Shown: piece by piece, positions 27,583-39,182 of the stretch | Layout of the letters: each line of letters starts with the position of its first letter | Position numbering within the stretch: the stretch's first letter is position 1 | From: Azolla caroliniana | Lineage: Eukaryota; Plantae; Polypodiophyta | Direction of reading: 5' to 3' | Length of the DNA stretch: 64,000 nucleotides | Assembly: GCA_043228905.1 (NCBI GenBank) | Contig: JBHGNT010000009.1 | Coordinates: 18,042,001-18,106,000, forward strand | The notes under the pieces: generated by a model | The model's input: only the letters and a program-made list of their open reading frames with translations | Databases searched by the model: none | What the model was told of the DNA's origin: nothing | Position numbers and translations under genes: made by a program

Positions 27583-29708
27583 TCTTCATTCCCCCACATA
27601 GAATCATACACTTGATTCTTTACAACAATTATGAGCATAATTGCCCATTCTCAACAATATTTTTAACACACACTTTGCTTTCTTTCAATTATGGACCCTA
27701 CGGTTGAGGTTTTGTGTAGAGTCTTAACTCTTGGATGTACATAAATCCATATACTTGGTCCCATAAATGTCTTGGGTCCTATAATAAGAAGATAATGCAT
27801 TGATGCTAACAACCACTAAATGTACCACCCACCGCCAAAAACATTCTTAAATCCCTTTTTAGCCTTTCAACATGTCATGTATTGGTAAACTCTTTATTAA
27901 CTTTTGATTGTTTGCAAGTGACAAACAATCAAGAGAGATTGTACAAGAGAAATTGTCCTATGGCGTAAAATGTACAAGAGGAACTGTTACAATCAATAAC
28001 TTAAAATCGATATCGTAAAGAGGGTCCAAAATTTACAAAATTTACTATGATATTGTTTGAGTGTAGTTGGATATCATAAAATCTGAGAAAGGCTCGTTAT
28101 CAACATTACTATTATTATTATTTCATTGAGAGAACAAATTATGGGTAGCCATCCCATTCCATTTCATTTCAATTGTCCCACATACAAAGGCATATGTCTA
28201 TGAGCCCTACGCATGAGAATTCAAAAAGATTTTATAGGTTTATTAAGAGGAGTGAAAAGAAAGGAAAACACAAAAAAGGTTTCCTAAATACACCCACCCA
28301 AATCCTCTATCCATGCAAATAACCCCCTAATACATATGCGGAAATCACATGATTTCTCAAATCAATCCATGGTCCTTGTCATGCAATCCCAACGTCTCTA
28401 GATATGTCTCTAGATATAATTGTTTGTTATCTTTGTCCATTTGTTTCTCATGACTTTAGCACATGGAAAGCCAAAACTAATTCATCTTCCACACGAAAAC
28501 GGATTGGCGAACCTCATGTTCCAAATCCTTTGCAAATTGTGAGAACGTCATTGATCTTCTCGTGTGTTTACAATAGCTTTGCATAGAAACGATGCGATCT
28601 TCAATGGTTTCAGATGGTCTTGTGGAAAAACTATCGTTGAATATATTGGGTTGTTTCAACCAAACCTAACCCACCATCTCATCTCATCTATGTTGAATCA
28701 CTCTTCAGTTCGGGAGGTACTTACATGAAAATTATTTCACTATGATCCCATTCATCATAATTTGACCTAAAACTATGAAGATAAAGCCTAGTATTATTAG
28801 AATGGTCGTCGCGAGGTGGCAATGATCCTTCCCTATGAATATCCCATCAAATTCCACAATCTCTTTGATTCTCCTCATTGAAATTCTTGGCACAATCCTT
28901 CGTCACTTTTTGAACTTAGAGTCAAAACAAACCTTCTCCCTCTTGTTCCATATCTTTTCCTCGTGCCTTTGTGTTTCTAGTAGCATAGAATGGTTGCATT
29001 CATTAGTCATTGACGTAAACTATGAGTCTAGTTTTTCAATGCCAATTGATATGTAATGTATGTTATAATCTACCACAAAATCTAGTTCATCTTCGAATAT
29101 AATCTTCTTGTTTAAAATCACTGAATAAGGGAGGTCCCCTCAATTGTGACTTTGAAGGCGAGCCTTCCGTTTAGAGACCTTAAGTGGCTTGCAATTTGGT
29201 TTGGGCATAATTTTCCTTACAAACAACCACTATGGACATAAACACATAGGAGGTAAAGCATTGGTGGTTTTTAGGGTTGGGTGAATCCCCCAAATTAATA
29301 GTCTCCTTGATCCAATTGTTGTATGCCTATTGTGACAACAATTTGTCATTGAGACTTGATGTTTGTAAGTCATGCTCATTTAGCCATGATGAAAATAATT
29401 TAAAACGTTATAAAGATTATTCAAATGTAAAAAACGTGCAATATTCCTTATAGTCAATCGTGACAACCAACACGAACAAACAAAGAAAAATGGGGGATGT
29501 TTAGTAATGGGGCATTAACTACATACAACTTTTCTACACTATATTTTTGGAAACAGAACAAAATGATGAAATGGATTCACCCATAAAACATGATTCAACC
29601 AAAATCTGTACAACAACTCTAGAAATATAGTAGAACCATACATAACATAAATCCAATAGTTAAGTTTAGAGTCACAAATATTGCCCATCATCAATTCAAA
29701 AGCCCCAA
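26497..29708 (+). repeat. Composite direct repeat, copy A (copy B at 41375-44993)
   Basis: 26500-27163 matches 41555-42215; 28286-28905 matches 42284-42620; 28930-29708 matches 44257-44993. Confidence 0.85.
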
Positions 29709-29710
29709 CT

Positions 29711-30150
29711 TAATTTCTAATAACAAAGAAAGAAAGAAAGAAAAAACGAACATGACACTAACATAAAATTTTGCCATGACATAGGCAGTAGTAGCATAAC
29801 AACTTACTACTAGGGTGAGCTAATTTCTAATAACAAAGAAAGAAAAAAGAAGAAGAAAAAGGAACATGACACTAAGAAGAGGATATGAGAAAGTTGGGAA
29901 TTGAACCCAAGACATAACTTAGAATAACACAACAATTTACCACTAGGTTGTGCTTAGTTCTAATAACAATGACAGAAAAGAAAAATAAAAAACTATTATT
30001 ACACTAATCACATGGTACTAATGAGAGAGAGATGAGAAAGTTGGGAATCGAACCCAAGACATAAAAGAAAATAACACAACTCCTTACCAATAAGGTAAGT
30101 CAAATTTGTTATAATTGCAAATGAAAAGAAAGATAAAAAAAGGAGCACAT
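29711..30150 (-). repeat. Tandem ~110-145 bp units with tRNA-like A/B boxes
   Basis: Units begin near 29711, 29821, 29956 and 30103; the minus strand reads cctagtggtaa...ttgggttcaattcccaa and ...gggttcgattcccaa, followed by T-rich tracts. Confidence 0.6.
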
Positions 30151-30225
30151 ATTTTTCCCTTTTCAAACGTGTTCGTTTCCAAACGTTGGAATGCTTGCAC
30201 GAACACTAATATTACGTTCTATGAC

Positions 30226-31850
30226 TAGCATTATGTATCTAGTATATGCCTTACATCCCTCAATACGAGTTTACAACCCATGTCCGAGAGACCAAGGCTA
30301 CATCCCCTATGCCAACAGCCTCTGTCACAACGTGGTTGGCCATTTTGACTTTACCAAAGTCACCACCGGTATATGACTCAAACATCTCTTGATACGGGGT
30401 GATGTGATATGAGGGTCCCAAGTCAATGACCCAATAAGTTTGTTGGCATGCTAAACTATCACAACGATCATCACAGACAATAATAATGTCACCATCACAT
30501 GTGGTTGTTATAAGGTCATTTTTCTTGTCATTAGTGGTTCCATTCTTTTGGTCCTTGTTCTTCTTTTCTACAATCTCTTTCGTAGTGATTTGGACCACCA
30601 CAATAAGGACATGAGAAATCTTTCTTGAAGTCTTTCCTACTTCTAGATTTTGACCTCCCCTCAACATTATTGATATTGTGGACCCTGGGGATGGCTTCTT
30701 CCTCTATTGGGGTTGTTTTCTATGACCAAGGCTTCACACTCATGGTTGAACTCACTCTCCTTTCACCATGCTTCTTCATGTTAAAGACTCGACTTAAGTA
30801 TGTCCATTGTCAACTTTTTTTATTGTGTTGCAGTCCCAAGTGTCACAACAAGGGTTTCCCAACTATTTGGGAGAGAGCCTAACAATAACAAGGTCAACGC
30901 CTCATTTGCTAGAAGTATATCTAACTAGATAGTTTGACTTATTAGTCCTTGAAACATGTTTAGATGCTTTGTCATACTAGAGCCATCATGATATCTAAGT
31001 CTTACAAGTTTCCTAAACACAAAGACTCTATTTAAAACATTTTTGGTCTGAAACATACTTTTGATTTTCCCCCATAACTCGTTTGCTTTGGTTTCATCAC
31101 CAAAATTGTTATATAAACTCATGTCTATAAAACAACGTATATATGTTGTTGTTCTTGTTGTTGTTGGTGCTTAGGAAGAGACTGTTGGTTAGGGGGCGGC
31201 TTAGATGCATTGCTTCCCAAGTCAAAGCATCTATGTTCTCGGGTTTGTTTGTATCATGTAGTACGGGCAACCACAAGTCCTTGCATACTAGCATGTCCCT
31301 CATTTTGGACTTCCATATGGGGTAGTTAGATTCGGTCAACTTAATCATCCCCTTAGTGCTTCATCCATATTCCAAGTTTCGTGGAGGGTATGAACCTCGA
31401 CTCTGATACCACTTGTAGGAATATGGGACTGAATCGGAACTAGCTTGGATTACCAACACAATTAACAATAGATGAAACCACAAGAAAAAAATGAGAGTAC
31501 ACCAAAATTTTAACGTGGAAAACCCAAAATAGGGAAAAACCACGGGAACCATAGGTTCCGAACAACTTCACTATGTTTTGGGTACAACCTCTCTAGATTT
31601 TCACTAGAGGAATGTATCTACCTCAAGGCAATGGCCTTGGTTACAACCTTCACCCAACCGGGTGGATAGAATAACAAAGATTTCAACTGAGTACAACCTC
31701 TCTAGGTTTGGACTAGAGGAAATGTACTAGCCTCAAGGCAATAGCCTTGGCTACAATCTTCACTCAATTGGGTGGATGAAACAACAGTAAGTACAACTGA
31801 GTATAGTCTCTCTAGGTTTTGGCTAGATAAAATATATTAGCCTCAAGGAA
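30226..31850 (-). mobile_element. Truncated copia element: partial 5' LTR (31414-~31850, with ~110-bp tandem repeats), PBS, gag and protease
   Basis: Minus strand ...ctaca ag TGGTATCAGAG (PBS 31401-31411); MIKLTESNYPIWKSKMRDMLVCKDLW; WVIDLGPSYH. Confidence 0.88.
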
Positions 31851-33804
31851 AATTTATCTTAAAATAAATAGCTTTTCCCTAATATGTTTTCTCACTTACG
31901 CAATTACGATTGTTTTTTCTGGAACTACGACTACATGTGCTTAAAATATGTTTAGGAACTATGTTGCCTTTAAGAATGACCCTTCACAAGTCATCTTTAT
32001 TAAAACAAGGATCCACGGTATCTGGGATTGTCTTGACCAAGACCAAGAGGTTGGGGCAAAGCATATTAATGAAACCGAAATGTCCCAGTTGACCTCCAAA
32101 GAACCGATGGAACCTATAGACGAAGGAGGGGACCTTCTTATCTTGAGGATGTACTACAGTTTGAACATATGCTTGATTAAGCTGATATGACACAACAGTT
32201 AGCTGATCTTGAAGAGCAACTAGTTCCAAAATTACTAATGAAATGAAACATATATATATATAGTGCTTCGTATATGAATTGTAACAACTTATAATTTCCT
32301 AATAACATTTTGGCTTTACTCTATCCTTTTGGTGTCTCTTTTCAATGTGTCTTTAAATGTGTTTTAACTTGTAAAGCTCATGGTTAAGTATAATTTTCAT
32401 TGAACATTTACTTTTTGCTCTATTATTTGTTTGACAATGGTTGGTTATTATTGTAACTTGGTTATTTTCAACTAGAATGGGCGACTCTTGTTAATGTGTA
32501 AATTAGGCATTACATATGATTTGTTGAACTTATTGTTTAAGCATATTTGATATCCTGGCAATATGATTTATGTTGTCATAATTCTCAGCACACTAGTTTT
32601 GGGTAATCACAATGATATTAAGCCAAGACGGTTGTTCATATGATTATGTGTTGACGTTTTTTCATATGATTGAATCATATGATTATGTGTTCACGTTTTT
32701 TTATATGATTGAAATATAATTTTCGCAGTGGTTTTTTGCAATCAAGGTATCTCGTGAGATTTACTTTTACAAATATTTCTCTAGTTATAACCTTAAACCC
32801 TAACTACAAACACGACTTATCCCTCTTTATAAGTCTTAAGAGACAAATATACACACAAAATTGCATTTCAAAATTTGTTAAGTGGGATTCGAATTTAACA
32901 TTATGTACAATGAAGCATAATACAATTATAATTGCATAGATTCCCATTATCTTATCTAAAAATCAGATAAATTTATCATAAATTAAATACATTAATTAGA
33001 TTGAATACATTAATGTTGATTTTGCAATCTTAAGATCATTAACTGCAGATTTGAGTGGTGTCCTAAAAAATCATGTAGGCATGCGTGATAAAGTTCGCAA
33101 AAAAAGGTATTTCTTGACATCTAACTTGAGTGGTGTCCTAAAAAATCATTTGGGCATGCGTGATAAAGTTCGCAAAAAAGGGTATTTTTCTTGACATCTA
33201 ACGTAAATACAAAAAAACTATTACATGTTCAAAATGTCTCGATGTTTAAATACTTCATCCATTAATTCCATTTCTTGTTCGGAAAAAGGCTCTATCATCA
33301 CGGTCATTGAATGTTCATTGAAGTACGGTGTAATATAACCAAGATCAGATAAATCAAAAGTATCTATATCTGATTATTTCCCCACATGCCACACAGTAGC
33401 AAGGTATAGATCCGACTTGCATGCATTCACATTCATTCAAGGAACGACACTCTGTAGATACTCTTTCCAAGAGATTTTTAAAAACAATTTAGATGTTTGT
33501 ATTGACAAATCACTAAAACTTGCATTTCATATTTCCAAACATGGTATAAGATAGAGTAAGGTTACAGGATTCAGTCTAGATGATACATGGTATTAAGAAG
33601 TTTTTGAAGCAAACACATAGACAGAAAAAGAGTACTTGCTTATACACAAAAGGCAACTCTTTTACAATTCCTGATTCAACGAAGATACATAGGATTATAA
33701 CAAGGAGTAACTCGGGACACTTTTGATTCACTGTTGCCACTAATGACTGATATTATTCCTCCACTGAAACAAACGATCTCTGGTGGTGATTGATAACAAT
33801 TAAT

Positions 33805-34436
33805 TCACCCCGACGAAATGTCAATGGTGCGAACCTCAGATTTTGGCTCAGGCGGTGCAGCCTTGGGGACAGTGACGGTGAGCACACCATTCTCCATGGC
33901 CGCCTTCACCTCCTCCAACTTAGTGTTCTCAGGGAGCTTAAAGCGTCTAAGGAAACTCCCCTGTGATCTTTCTACTCGGTGCCACCTGTCTGAAGAAGAT
34001 GTCTCCTCTTTCTTACGCTCCCCACTGATCTGCAGCACACGCCCTTCCTCCACCTGGACCTTCACTTCCTGCTTGCTCAGACCTAAACAACAGATGTGTT
34101 GCATCATAAGTCAGATACCACATACATTAGAAGAGACGAAATCGGATGAAATCAGGTGTTAATTAAAAGTACTTTAGGAGTAGGAATGAAGCATTTAGAT
34201 AACTTACCAGGCAAATTCGCCTTGAAGATGTGGGAATCGGCGGTCTCCTTCCAATCCACCTGAGTGTTAGCAACAGCGGCAACATCTCGGGCAAAGCCGG
34301 GATGGTCAGGGAAAGATGAGATTGTCCAAGCAGAAGAGAGCGGGAAAGAGGGGAATAGGAGGGAGTCGGAGAAGAAAGCATCGAGGGGATCCTCTGTTGC
34401 TTTGCGATTGCCACGTCCAAAGAGAGAAACAGCCAT
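33805..34436 (-). CDS. HSP20: Small heat-shock protein (HSP20/alpha-crystallin, cytosolic class I-like), 2 exons (34436-34208, 34082-33805), 168 aa
   Basis: [20 protein letters not shown]|[62 protein letters not shown]; 125-bp GT-AG phase-1 intron restores the frame. Confidence 0.95.
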
Positions 34437-34610
34437 AATTTGGCAATGGATCCGATGTAGATAAGAGGCAAGGAAAAATCGCTCTACTGAACACAGGGAA
34501 AGAATTCTCTGTTGTACGTGGAATGGTGAAGATTGGGAGTCGAATGGATAGTTTAGTGATTACAGGAAATATTTGCAGCTACTTGGAGATGGCAATGAGG
34601 AACTGTACTG

Positions 34611-34725
34611 TATATATATATGTATGTATATGTGTCTGTTTGTGCAGGAGAAGAAGAAGTTTCCTGATGTTTCTAGAACATTCGCGACGTATCCATTTGC
34701 TGATGTTTCCAGAACATTGTAGAGG
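34611..34725 (-). promoter_or_regulatory. TATA box and heat-shock elements of the minus-strand sHSP
   Basis: tatatatata at 34611-34620; TTCtaGAAcaTTC at 34671-34683; TTCcaGAA at about 34707-34714. Confidence 0.85.
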
Positions 34726-36135
34726 AAATTCATGTGCCTTGCTTGAACTCGCTTTCATAAAACGTGCCCAGTATGAAAACCAAGGACAAGTATTGGGATC
34801 TTGGAAGTCCTCCTCTAAGGGAATAACCGTGTGCAGTTCAAGTACTAGTAAGGGAAACTTAAAAACACCCACAAATTTAGAAACTAAACAAACATACCAA
34901 ACCTTTGTTTACCGTCAAGGTTGGCCTGTTTGATTCGGGATTCGTTGCAAACCATCGTGGCGGTAAGAGACACACATGTTTCATACATCATACACATAGA
35001 CTGACAGGATTAAATGTAATAGATGTTCGCATACAAGCTTTGATTCAATTTAATCTATAGGTTATGGGTTTATCGTTTATGATTTAGGCTAAATATTGGG
35101 GTTATGTCATTGCATCAATAAACTTTTAGATATATCGAGGGGTGGTAAAAGTATTTGATTAGGTGTCATCTAAACACATGTAGTATGACCCAGCAGTAGA
35201 GAATTCTCATTGAAAGGATTTTGATTGATGAGATTTGGATTTGGATTTGGCTAATGATGTTTTCTCCCAAAAAAACTAATCGTAAAGTCCGACAATCAAA
35301 GCCTCTCTCTTATGGTTTGAGAGAAATTTGCTTGAAAAGCCCAAGAGTGAGTCCAAATTTCGCCAAATGAAATACTTGTTGTCAATACTACCTAATATCC
35401 TCATTGAAGTATGTGGTATTATGATGTACTTCTCGTTGACTTTATTTTTCTCCATGATATTGCTTATCATTGACCTTTACATCTTTACTTATTGGCAATG
35501 GCAAAAAATGAATATTAATACTATAGGTCTATGATTGAGAAGAATCGTCTTCTTAAATGGGCATTCTTGTATGATCTTAACCAATCATAATTTCTTAATT
35601 CAACCAACAAGGCCATATTTATATGGTTCATGTCACACATCCTATTTATATTCTTACCATAATAAGTTCTTCTTCACACAAGGACATACATATAGTTTAG
35701 ATTTAATATTTAGGAAATTTTAATGTTATATAGGACTTTTACATTATTATTACCATGACATCAAAGGAAGAATGTGTCAAGCACATGAAGATGATCGTGA
35801 TGGAAATTGATGAATCATGAAGTTCACTCCCATGCACCCAAGATCATGCATGGAAATACCAATATTGTCTTCATGGAAAAATGGCGATCATTCACTCTAA
35901 GGGCCACAAAGCAACAAGTCATGACCATTTTGGTGTAACCAAAATATAATTTTGACTACTATTATCAATGGCTTGTTGGAAGGTAGGGTGTTGGTTAGTT
36001 TGGAGCTAGTTCACTTTTGGCTAGGGAAGTTTGAAAAGGTGTCACACGGTACCAAATTGCCCAATTTTTGTCCCATCTTATTTGACAAGTTATCCATAGT
36101 ATGTACTATGAACTATCTAGATGTAGCCAAGAAAA

Positions 36136-36680
36136 TATTAGGAATCGACCGATCGCAACCGATTACACGTTCGTATTCGTGTGCAAAAACCAAGAACTAG
36201 TACACGGACAAAAAAGACGTGAAGACAGAGAGACCGATATTTTACGTGGAAAACCCGAAATGGGAAAAAACCACAGGGGTCCACAAAACCCGAGAAAACA
36301 AATTGATATAGTAGAGAGGAAGTACAAATATGGAACTCAGAGGCAACGGCCTCGAGTTTTCCTTCGTCTGATAGACGGCTATAGAGTTACACACACACTC
36401 TCTCTCTCTCACGGTTACTGAGGCAACTACCTCGTTCTAACTTTACAATAATGATAAACTACACTTTACTAATGTGTTGCCCTAGTTGCTTATAAACAAA
36501 AGCAACCTTCTGGCTATTTACGAGTATAGCCCGCAAAAGGCATTTTAGACTATTTACAATTATAGTCTTCCAAAATGATTTCGGTTTTCAATTTCGGTTT
36601 TGGTTTTGGTTTCGGCCTCAACCGAGTTACTCACCAATTCGATTCTTCTCTTCCCATTCAGAGGGACCTGTTTCCCAACA
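36136..36680 (-). mobile_element. Solo copia LTR between the two sHSP promoters
   Basis: Minus strand TGTTGGGAAACAGGTCCCTC...; TSD GAAAA at 36131-36135 and 36681-36685; has the gtggtttttt-ccc..gggttttccac motif. Confidence 0.88.
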
Positions 36681-37040
36681 GAAAACACTAAGGTTCCCCG
36701 AAACAAACATGTTTGAACCATATCTCATTGCATAATGTGCAACTTCCCTTGATTGTAAATATAGACAAAAGTTTTTAATTTATCTTTAACCATTGGGCCA
36801 TAAACCATTAATATCCCATATAGTTTTCTCGGTACTACCTACCCTCTCCCAAGCTTTGTGTGAACTTTATAAACTTTATTTTGTGTGGTCACAATCTATC
36901 TCATAACCCCATGGTGCTCACAATAATTGAAATGATTCAACTATGACTTCCCTTGTTCCATGCAAAAACGAAATTTAAGTCACTATAGTGTGGCATCGGC
37001 AATATTGTATTGCTTAGTTTATTAAAGAGTTGGTTAATGG

Positions 37041-37427
37041 GAAGGATCGGCAAAGATTCAATGTAGGCTTAACCGGTTTGGCCTTATCCAAGCTAAACCC
37101 GTTAAGCCAAAACCATTTTGGGGTTCTCTAACCTGGAACCAAACCAATCCATAAACCAGTTTGTGAACTGGCTTGGAAACCGCCCTCCCTCCCTCCCTCT
37201 CCCCCTCTCTCGTTTCTAACTAATTTCTAACTTTGAAGTTTTTCTTTAACCTAACTAGTAAACCACATAAACGGCTTTTTGGTTTGAGCCGGTTTGGCAA
37301 GGCTCAAGTTGAGCCAAACCGAGCTTAAACCGTTTAGTCAAGATGAAGCTTGAGCTGAGTCGCTAAGCCGTTTAAAGCTGGTTTAGTTCAACAGTTTAGG
37401 CTTGAGCCGAGCCGTTGCCGATCCCTA
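37041..37427. mobile_element. Older hAT-type MITE
   Basis: Imperfect TIRs gaaggatcggcaa / ttgccgatcccta with subterminal aaccg/gagcc repeats; no clean TSD. Confidence 0.6.
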
Positions 37428-38331
37428 CCCAAGGGTATGAAGTATTGATATTTACAACAAAACGAGGGAACGAGTGTTAGTATTGATATTTTCCCTAAAA
37501 TATAAATCCTTTGTGTTTGTGTAGGTTGATAATGTTGGATAATATCTCATCAATTTGTCTTCCCAAGAAATAGTTACCTATAGACATAATAATTGGTAGT
37601 GTAAAATATCACCGAAAACCCAACATTTTGGTAAAGTTGAGGACATGGTCAACATTTAGATATTAATTTGTAGGACTCTTATCATATTAAAATGTTGTTC
37701 CCTTCTCTGTCTCTATCTCATTCACTTAAATTCGATAAATGTTAAGAATTGTAGGACTCAATCATATTAAAATTTGTTGCCTTCTTCGTCTCTCTCTCTC
37801 CATTCACTTAAATTCGATCCATGTTAGTTGTATCTTGATGGATCCTCTCGTTGTATGCGTCAATGTGGTGTGCATGCATACATACATCATTATCCTTACA
37901 TAATGTCTTTGGGGGATGCACTCTGGGAACGTTCGGGTTGGTCAAATGCTATTGAACAACATGACCACAATGGATGGCTGAACAATGGCAAATGCCATGA
38001 TGGCCCCACACATCGGTGAATGACATAAGGTATCCAATGATCGCCGCAATGGCTAGAGCCCAATGAAATAGAGGGGCCGGTTTTATTGGATGCAAGCCTA
38101 GGTGGAGCCCCTAGAGATCACTAGGTGTCCATGGCCATATATATGGCCGCTTGTGTGACCGGGCGAGGCCAAATAACTCACTATCACAAACACATCAAGG
38201 TGGGCATGTTGTTGATATTTATTGTGCATAAAACATATACATTTATATTGAGTGCAAAATATTTATATGGGAGTCAATAGTTTTTTTGTGTTAAAGAAGG
38301 ACAATGGTTGTGCGTCTTTTGAAACGGGAGT

Positions 38332-38415
38332 CTCCAGGTTTCGCGAATGTTCCAGAAAGCAGAAGACGTTTCTCGAAACATCTGCCCCCCCCCCCCCCCC
38401 CCTTCTTCAAATACC
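38332..38415 (+). promoter_or_regulatory. Heat-shock elements and TATA-like box of the plus-strand sHSP
   Basis: Four perfect units TTCgcGAAtgTTCcaGAA at 38340-38357; TTCtcGAA at 38370-38377; poly-C tract, then ttcaaata. Confidence 0.87.
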
Positions 38416-38579
38416 CCATAGCTATTCGATCAGTCATCCATCGCAGAAAATCATCGAATTTCTTCAATCAACATCTATCCATCGCAGATAATCATCGAGT
38501 TTCTCACTGAGCATCTATCCATCGCTGCCATTTTCTCTCATCGATCTCTCTCTGTATCCAGAACCTCAACCATTTGACC

Positions 38580-39182
38580 ATGTCTGTTTCGCTCTTTGGA
38601 CGTAGCAATCGCAGGGGGGGAGCATCAGAGGGCCCTCTCGATGCTTTCTTCTCCGACTCCCTCATCTTCCCCTCATTCCCTGATCATCCGGGCTTCGCAC
38701 GTGATGCCGCAGCTGTAGCCAACACGCAGGTAGATTGGAAGGAGACTGCGGATGCTCATGTCTTCAAAGCAAATTTGCCTGGTAAGTAGTCAGCCATACG
38801 ACTAATTAGAATATCTCACTTCGCAATCGCTATTATACTGGGAAGGATCTGCTTCTCTTCTGTATCAGATATGTTTAATCTGACGTTTCCAAATAATGAA
38901 TCATTTTCAGGTCTGAGCAAGCAGGAAGTGAAGGTACAGGTGGAGGAAGGGCGCGTGTTACAGATAAGCGGGGAGCACAAGAAAGAGGAGACATCTTCTT
39001 CGGACAGATGGCACCGTGTGGAACGCTCGCATGGTAGCTTCCTCCGCCGTTTTAAGCTCCCTGAGAACACACAGGTGGACGATGTAAAGGCGGCCATGGA
39101 GAACGGCGTCCTCACTGTCACTGTCCCCAAGATTCCTCCCCCTGAACCAAAATCTGCCATTCGAACCATCAATATTTCTTAG
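38580..39182 (+). CDS. HSP20: Small heat-shock protein (cytosolic class I-like), 2 exons (38580-38781, 38911-39182), 157 aa
   Basis: Paralogue of 33805-34436; same phase-1 intron after KANLPG (GTAAGT 38782 ... TTTCAG 38910); intact alpha-crystallin domain ending IRTINIS. Confidence 0.95.

Noticed and set aside
27164-27630. Possible solo LTR within repeat copy A
   Set aside because: Ends ...tacaaca but no clear TG start or TSD
32880-32900. Isolated B-box-like motifs (also near 40620)
   Set aside because: No A box or cloverleaf; not tRNA genes
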